From Candidatus Obscuribacteraceae bacterium (GTDB taxonomy: Bacteria; Cyanobacteriota; Vampirovibrionia; Obscuribacterales; Obscuribacteraceae): a stretch of 64,000 nt of DNA. The DNA is taken from assembly GCA_044226015.1 (NCBI GenBank), contig JBGAHS010000007.1:192001-256000 (forward strand), given 5' to 3'. Every line of letters starts with the position of its first letter. The stretch's first letter is position 1. Shown here in pieces: positions 58,183 to 64,000 of the stretch. Under the pieces are notes generated by a model that saw only the letters and a program-made list of their open reading frames with translations, was not told the origin of the DNA and did no database searches. The translations under genes were made by a program, and so were the position numbers.

Positions 58183-60411
58183 TCAGAGATTTGCTTTGAT
58201 TCTTTCAATTGCTTTCTGGCAGTTCGTGACGCCCTTTGAATGCGCCTGCTCATAGTGAATTAGAGCTTGATTTATATCACGAGCTACCCCGATACCATTT
58301 TCATGACAGATACCCATCCAGAAAAATGCGTGTCTGTTGCCCAGCTGCATGAGAGATTTGAACGCAGCGATGGCTTCTTCAAACTTCAAGCCAGCCGGTT
58401 TCCACAATTCATCAAAGCCCTGCGGAAAACCTGCATCAGCAGCTTTTTGGAACCAGGATTCGGCGCCACGAGTATCTTTCATTACTCCAATGCCGTTTCT
58501 ACAACAAAGTGCTAGTTTCCATTTTGCATATCCATCGTCGGACTCTGCTACTGATTTAAGCAAAGCAATACCACGTGGAATATTGCGTCCGATGCCGTCA
58601 CCCAATAGAAGTGCGCAGGCAAGCATCGCCTGGGCAAGTGGATATTTTCTAGCTTCTGATGCCAGATCTTCAAGCATCTGCTGAGAGCGTTTGCTGTCTT
58701 GTTTGACACCAATACCGTTTCTCAAGCAAGCTGCATATATCAATGTAGCTTTTTCATCATTGGTAGAAATTGCCTTTTCTAGCCAGATAATTGCTTCATC
58801 AATTGCATCAGCATGGCAATCAGAAGTGAGGCACAAGCTGATGAAAGCTAGCTGTGCGGAGTCATGACCAAATAAAGCTGCGCGCTTGAATAAAGTCATA
58901 GCTTTGACGATTTCCTCTGGCTTTCTCGAATCTCTTGCCTTGCATCCGAGTGAGAAAAGCACCTCAGGGTCATTGCTTTCTACTTCTATTTTTTGTATCA
59001 CTGGAACCAGCGATGTAGCTGCTTCAGCTTCGATTATTTTTCCGAGTTGGTCGGCGCAAATCTTCAGGCGCTCGCTTGCTTGCTCGTTGCCCTGCTTCGA
59101 TGCTTTTCCATACCAGAGCGCAGCTTTGTTGAAGTCTTGTGTAATGCCCAGTCCGAATTCATAGCACCATCCCAGGCTGAACTGTGCCAGGTCATACCCC
59201 TGTTCCGCTGACCTGCTCAGCCACATCGCTGCCTCGGCTGGGTTTGCTTCAAATCCGGCTTCTCCGCGTAAATAGTGGTCGCCGATGCGCCACTGCGCTT
59301 CTTTCATTCCCTTCTGTGCTGCGTAAAGAAGCCATCTTCGCGCCTCTTCGGGGTTCGGTTTGCAGCCCTGACCATACTCAAGACGCAAAACCAATTCATA
59401 CTGTGCGATAACATCGCCACCCACAGCTCTTTCGCGCAGCCCATCCAGATTCGTTGAGAAGATTTTTCGCTCCAACGTGGACTCTGGATTGTCCTGAGCT
59501 GCAGTAGCCTTTTCCTGACCTGCCAGAGCTTGTGTTGCAACTCTTGCAAAAGCCTCATTCAGCTCGGCTCGAAATTCGGCCATACTGGCTTGCCTTTCGT
59601 CGGGATCTTTTGAAAGCCCTTTGAAAATGACTCTCTGAATTTCTTTTGGCACCATGATGTGTTTGCAAGCTTTTTCAAACGGCAACGGTACCTGGTGAAT
59701 CTGGTTGTTCATAATCTCACCGATGCTGTTGCCCAAAATCGGATTGGAGCCGGTGATCATTCTGTAAAGTACACTACAAAGAGAGTAGACGTCGGTGCGT
59801 GCATCGACTTTCTTTCCGAGGCATTGCTCTGGGCTCATGTATTGAGGTGTTCCCACCACATATCCTTCAAGTGTCAATCCCTCGGAAACAGCTTCATTCG
59901 TTCCATCTTTGGCAATTCCGAAGTCAACCAGTTTGACGAAGTCTGTGATGTCCTCTTCGTTAATGACCATCACGTTTCTTGGTTTTAAGTCTCTATGGAT
60001 GACACCGCGCTTGTGGGCGTGATGTAGTGCCGAGCAAACCTGAGTAATAATGCGTAAGCAACGTGTAACTGGCAGCCGTCCCTCTTCGCCCATTAAATCT
60101 TGAAGGTCCATACCTTCGATGTAGTCCATTACGAGGAATGGTCGTTCGTTTCGCCAGTTGCCGACGTCGAACACTGTTACTATGTTTGGATGGTTGAGAC
60201 GCCCGATTGAGCGGGCTTCTCGTTCAAAACGCATGAAAGCAGTTTTGTCCGACATGTTTTCAGGCGTCAACAATTTGACCGCCACGAATCGTTCGAGCTG
60301 ACGGTGTCTTGCTTTGAACACCATACCGCCTTGACCCTGTCCTAAGACAGAGGTCAGCTCGTACCTGTCAGCAAGGACTATTCCAATGAATGCTTCAGCC
60401 GGTTCGGCCAT
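58183..60411 (-). CDS. Cytoplasmic Ser/Thr kinase fused to Sel1-like repeats
   Basis: GQGQGG, VAVK, HRDLKPRN, DFG, GTPQYMSPEQ; multiple AQ..LG..Y..G.G...D..KA..WY.KA repeats; no TM. Confidence 0.93.
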   Translation of the reverse strand: MAEPAEAFIGIVLADRYELTSVLGQGQGGMVFKARHRQLERFVAVKLLTPENMSDKTAFMRFEREARSIGRLNHPNIVTVFDVGNWRNERPFLVMDYIEGMDLQDLMGEEGRLPVTRCLRIITQVCSALHHAHKRGVIHRDLKPRNVMVINEEDITDFVKLVDFGIAKDGTNEAVSEGLTLEGYVVGTPQYMSPEQCLGKKVDARTDVYSLCSVLYRMITGSNPILGNSIGEIMNNQIHQVPLPFEKACKHIMVPKEIQRVIFKGLSKDPDERQASMAEFRAELNEAFARVATQALAGQEKATAAQDNPESTLERKIFSTNLDGLRERAVGGDVIAQYELVLRLEYGQGCKPNPEEARRWLLYAAQKGMKEAQWRIGDHYLRGEAGFEANPAEAAMWLSRSAEQGYDLAQFSLGWCYEFGLGITQDFNKAALWYGKASKQGNEQASERLKICADQLGKIIEAEAATSLVPVIQKIEVESNDPEVLFSLGCKARDSRKPEEIVKAMTLFKRAALFGHDSAQLAFISLCLTSDCHADAIDEAIIWLEKAISTNDEKATLIYAACLRNGIGVKQDSKRSQQMLEDLASEARKYPLAQAMLACALLLGDGIGRNIPRGIALLKSVAESDDGYAKWKLALCCRNGIGVMKDTRGAESWFQKAADAGFPQGFDELWKPAGLKFEEAIAAFKSLMQLGNRHAFFWMGICHENGIGVARDINQALIHYEQAHSKGVTNCQKAIERIKANL

Positions 60412-60502
60412 TTGCTGCTACCGTATAAATACAAGGTCTAATATTCCACACATGAAGGCAATTGTCTCTACCTTTTGTTGAACTTGTGTAACCGCGAGGA
60501 AT

Positions 60503-61192
60503 TTGATGCCAGCACCTTTTTACAACTCCAGGTCAGGCTGCGCTGCCAGTATCTACCATGTTCTTGCGGGGAGAGGAGCGAAGCAAAACGCGCTTGTCAA
60601 GTGCGTGCGGTGTTCAAGGTTTCGCATAAAATTTCTGACTTTCTTCCTGGTGACGATTCTGAGCCTGTGCGTTTCAGGCATAGTTCTGGCTGAAGATGCG
60701 AATTCGGTTAACAAGCAGAGTGAAGCAATTTACAAAGCCGCCGCCTCCTGCCAGGGCAAAAGAATGTGGACGGGGTTTGGCTTGACAGAAGGTACCTTAG
60801 GATGTGCCGCAGCCATGTCTAACGTGTTGAATATTGCTGGAATCAGAGATGCTCACTCGGCAGCGGTTGTTCCGCTCAGAAAGCAAATACTCAAAGGCTC
60901 GCACGAAGTGGTGGAGATTAAGATCAAAAATGGCGAAACCGCCTGTATCGAGAACGAGCTAGTCCTCAATTCCGCTCGACCTGGCGATCTTCTGTTTGCA
61001 TTTTCAGAGCCGCCCAGTAAGCCGAATCTTGGTGGACATGCGCACTGCGGAATAATGTCATTTGGTATGTTTGTGTTCACAAATGACTGGAACGATGGAA
61101 TCTGGAAGAGAGTCGATATTCATTCTATGTTTGACGGTTACCGCTATGTCAGGCTAGTTCGAGTCATGCCAGCAAAGCGCAAAACTAAATGA
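60503..61192 (+). CDS. Exported hypothetical protein, NlpC/P60 (papain-like) amidase candidate; start uncertain
   Basis: Hydrophobic signal ending VLA; LGCAAAMSNVL ... RPGDLLF ... HCGI. Confidence 0.55.
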   Translation: MMPAPFYNSRSGCAASIYHVLAGRGAKQNALVKCVRCSRFRIKFLTFFLVTILSLCVSGIVLAEDANSVNKQSEAIYKAAASCQGKRMWTGFGLTEGTLGCAAAMSNVLNIAGIRDAHSAAVVPLRKQILKGSHEVVEIKIKNGETACIENELVLNSARPGDLLFAFSEPPSKPNLGGHAHCGIMSFGMFVFTNDWNDGIWKRVDIHSMFDGYRYVRLVRVMPAKRKTK

Positions 61193-61428
61193 ATTCATTT
61201 ATGAGCACGCTCTTCGACAATCGGGCAGGCAGATGCTTGCCACTGAATATAGTGTCATTCTTTAGCTTGTCTGCAAACAGCATATTATTTGCTCTTGCCT
61301 TAAACTGTGATTAAGTCTTAAACATACGCTTAAAGCTTGCTGAACATCAATCGTTTTTTGCAAACAATGCTCTAGCATTGACATCGCGTGCTTTAGCGCG
61401 TACTAAATCGCCTCAACGGAGAAGAAAA

Positions 61429-63063
61429 ATGTCGCAGAGTCCAAGCAGTGTTTTTCAATTAGGGAAGGATGAGACAAAATATCGTCTCCTTGGCAAGGAA
61501 GGCGTAAGCGTTGAGACTTTCAACGGCAAGAAGATTTTGCGTGTAGAAGCGAAAGCCCTGAGTCAGTTGGCAAAGGCTGCGTTCACTGACGTGTCACATT
61601 TGCTCAGAACCAGTCATTTGGAAATGTTGGCAAGCATTCTCAAAGATAACGAGGCTTCTGCCAACGACAAATTTGTCGCCCTTGAACTTTTGAAAAATGC
61701 TGCCATCGCTGCTGGTGGCACCTTGCCCATGTGTCAAGACACCGGAACAGCTATAGTGATGGGTCATAAAGGTCAACAAGTGTGGACCGATTGTGATGAT
61801 GCCAGCGCCATTTCTGAAGGAGTGAAAAAGACTTACAACGAATGTAATCTCCGCTACAGTCAGATGGCTCCTCTCGATATGTACAAGGAAGCAAATACGG
61901 GAAGTAACTTGCCTGCTCAGATTGAAATTTACGCCGACCCTGGTGATGTTTACGAGTTTCTTTTCATAGCCAAGGGGGGCGGCTCGGCAAATAAGACCTT
62001 CCTTCTGCAGGAGACAAAATCTGTTCTCAATCCTGATGGCTTGACTAAGTTGCTGACTGAGAAAATAGCCAGCCTTGGAACATCTGCTTGTCCTCCATAC
62101 CATCTAGCTGTGGTTATCGGTGGACTGTCCGCAGAGATGACTTTGAAAACAGTAAAGCTAGCTAGCTGCCATTATCTCGATACACTGCCCACAGAGGGCG
62201 ATAAGACTGGTCGCGCTTTCCGCGATGTAGAGTTCGAGAAAAAGGTCCTTGAGATAACACGCAATCTCGGAATAGGTGCTCAGTTTGGTGGTAAGTATTT
62301 CTGCCACGATGTGAGAGTTGTCAGACTTCCACGCCATGGTGCCAGTCTGCCAGTCGGTATAGGTGTATCGTGCAGCGCGGACAGGCAAATTCTTGGAAGA
62401 ATAGATGAAAACGGAATTTGGCTTGAACAGCTTGAAACTGACCCGGCGCGTTTTCTACCTGAAGTTGAATCGAAGGATCTGACTTCCGAAACTATTCTAG
62501 TTGACTTAAATAGACCCATGGAAGAAATAAGAGCTTCGCTCAGTGGGAAGCCCCCAGGCACAAGATTGATGCTTACTGGCACTATGCTTGTCGCAAGAGA
62601 TATTGCTCATGCAAGATGGAAAGAAATGATCGAAGAAGGAAAGGAACTTCCTGAATATATACGCAAGCACCCGATCTATTACGCGGGTCCAGCTAAGACA
62701 CCTAGCGGTTATGCATCTGGTTCTTTTGGACCAACAACAGCTGGAAGAATGGACTCTTATGCCGATCTTCTCATGTCTCGCGGCGCCAGCCTGATCACTC
62801 TTGCTAAGGGCAATCGCGGCAAGAATGTAAGAGAAGCCTGCCAGAAATGGAAAGGCTTTTACCTTGGCACCATAGGCGGTGCGGCTGCTCGATTGGCTCA
62901 GGACTCCATCAAAAAGGTCGAGACAATAGACTTTGCCGAACTAGGCATGGAAGCGGTGTTCAGGATTGAAATCGAGAACTTCCCCGCATTCATTGTAGTC
63001 AATGATAGTGGTGAGGACTTCTTTGCTCAGGTTCTTGAGCAGAGATTACAGCTGAGCAAATAG
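61429..63063 (+). CDS. fumA: Class I (Fe-S) fumarate hydratase
   Basis: [74 protein letters not shown]. Confidence 0.96.
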   Translation: MSQSPSSVFQLGKDETKYRLLGKEGVSVETFNGKKILRVEAKALSQLAKAAFTDVSHLLRTSHLEMLASILKDNEASANDKFVALELLKNAAIAAGGTLPMCQDTGTAIVMGHKGQQVWTDCDDASAISEGVKKTYNECNLRYSQMAPLDMYKEANTGSNLPAQIEIYADPGDVYEFLFIAKGGGSANKTFLLQETKSVLNPDGLTKLLTEKIASLGTSACPPYHLAVVIGGLSAEMTLKTVKLASCHYLDTLPTEGDKTGRAFRDVEFEKKVLEITRNLGIGAQFGGKYFCHDVRVVRLPRHGASLPVGIGVSCSADRQILGRIDENGIWLEQLETDPARFLPEVESKDLTSETILVDLNRPMEEIRASLSGKPPGTRLMLTGTMLVARDIAHARWKEMIEEGKELPEYIRKHPIYYAGPAKTPSGYASGSFGPTTAGRMDSYADLLMSRGASLITLAKGNRGKNVREACQKWKGFYLGTIGGAAARLAQDSIKKVETIDFAELGMEAVFRIEIENFPAFIVVNDSGEDFFAQVLEQRLQLSK

Positions 63064-63079
63064 AAAAAAATCGCGAATC

Positions 63080-63121
63080 AAAAAATAGAGGGAACTCGTT
63101 TTGCGGGTTCCCTCTATTTTT
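63080..63121. terminator. Bidirectional terminator
   Basis: AAAAAATAGAGGGAACTCG-ttttg-CGGGTTCCCTCTATTTTT between convergent fumA and ovoA. Confidence 0.88.
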
Positions 63122-63144
63122 ATGCAGCTGAAGTGGTTTTTACA

Positions 63145-63999
63145 CTATGACTTACGTTGCCAGACCATTGCCTGGGAAACTATATACTGGAATTTACGCC
63201 TGTGCTCTCTAATTATCAATGGCATATCTTCTACATGAAGGAGCTCGAAGTGGTCGCCCAGCATCTTGCGCAATCCATCTTCTGAATAGCACTCTTTCCC
63301 GCTGTCATCCTTATAGCCACCCAGCCAGACATCAGATGGGGTGAACTTATCCATCCATGTATACGGCGACACTGTAACTAAAATTCCACCGACTCTCACT
63401 ATACCTCTGGCTCCCCACATACGTGATAGGCATGCTGACGGGCTGGGCAAGCGACAGAGTAAGTTAGCCATCAAAACTGCGTCGAAATCCAGATATTCCG
63501 CGGGTAAAGCACATGCATCGGCCTGTCTGAAATTAGCGCGAGCAGCAACATCTTCATTGATTTTGGCCGTAGCTTTTCCGTAGATGTTTGCTTCAATTTT
63601 GTAGTTATAATCTAGCGCCTTTTTGAGTTTCAGCTCCTTTGCAGCATCGATGAAACGCTCTGAAAGGTCGACGCCTGTAACTTCATCAAATCTCTCAGCT
63701 AGTTTGAACGAAGCTCCACCAACTGCGCAGCCGATGTCGAGCGCTTTGCCCGTCTTAATCTGCAACTTATTGCACCAGCTTGTCACCATTTCAGCGCAAC
63801 GCTGAGGGAATGAGCTGGCTGCTTTTGGACCAAACTGATATGGCATCTGAATGTCTGGCTCTGCAAAATGCAGTGTCATGTACTCGTTAAAGATGTCTTG
63901 AGTTTCATAAGGATTGGTAGTGTCTGTGGTGTCACCAATTCTACCTACGCAACCATTGCTGCCATCTGGACTGTGCACCATTCTAAAACCTGCATGTTG
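63145..63999 (-). CDS. ovoA: 3' part of ovothiol synthase OvoA: end of the FGE-like domain plus the SAM-dependent 4-mercaptohistidine N1-methyltransferase domain (5'-truncated by the window edge)
   Basis: Frame is open to the edge and reads QHAGFR-MVHS; then NPYET..NEY..LHF, FPQRCA, ALDIGCAVG.ASF.LA, G.DLS.RFI, F.QADAC, ANLLCRL, SPYTW, WLGG, IREH.RKFQY. Confidence 0.85.
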   Translation of the reverse strand, partial: QHAGFRMVHSPDGSNGCVGRIGDTTDTTNPYETQDIFNEYMTLHFAEPDIQMPYQFGPKAASSFPQRCAEMVTSWCNKLQIKTGKALDIGCAVGGASFKLAERFDEVTGVDLSERFIDAAKELKLKKALDYNYKIEANIYGKATAKINEDVAARANFRQADACALPAEYLDFDAVLMANLLCRLPSPSACLSRMWGARGIVRVGGILVTVSPYTWMDKFTPSDVWLGGYKDDSGKECYSEDGLRKMLGDHFELLHVEDMPLIIREHRRKFQYIVSQAMVWQRKS

Positions 64000-64000
64000 A

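Noticed and set aside
1..64000. Numerous short antisense or alternate-frame ORFs; mobile elements, tRNA, rRNA
   Set aside because: The short ORFs lie within well-supported genes and lack motifs. No transposase, integrase, terminal repeats, cloverleaf or rRNA signature was seen by eye; tRNAscan-SE and an IS search would be needed to be sure.

Overview
Gene-dense, apparently chromosomal bacterial window with about 50 CDS. I saw no rRNA, tRNA, CRISPR array, transposase or prophage gene. The gene content (cyanobacteria-like TypA, LpxI, several Ser/Thr kinases with TPR/Sel1 repeats, many secreted hypotheticals, no photosynthesis genes) suggests a non-photosynthetic relative of Cyanobacteria (Melainabacteria/Obscuribacterales-like); this taxonomy is inference only. 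Recognisable genes: rsgA, typA, a Rieske ferredoxin, a PP2C phosphatase, a hybrid histidine kinase, glutamine synthetase III, yjbQ, lpxI, a MacAB-TolC-type exporter, DUF1800/DUF1501, allA, aceB, a patatin, msrA, two DUF900 hydrolases, a TctD/TctE-like two-component pair, class I fumarase, and the 3' part of an ovothiol synthase OvoA cut by the window edge. Main observations: (1) an ECF-sigma-type promoter motif GGAAC-N17-GTC recurs in front of 5-6 genes, including three paralogous secreted helical-repeat proteins and the Mac-type exporter, suggesting an unannotated envelope-stress regulon; (2) an unannotated ~200-nt structured RNA resembling 6S RNA at ~16570-16770; (3) OvoA; (4) a 1692-aa exoprotein ending in tandem FecR-like modules; (5) a protein with a JAB/MPN-like motif and effector-like architecture.
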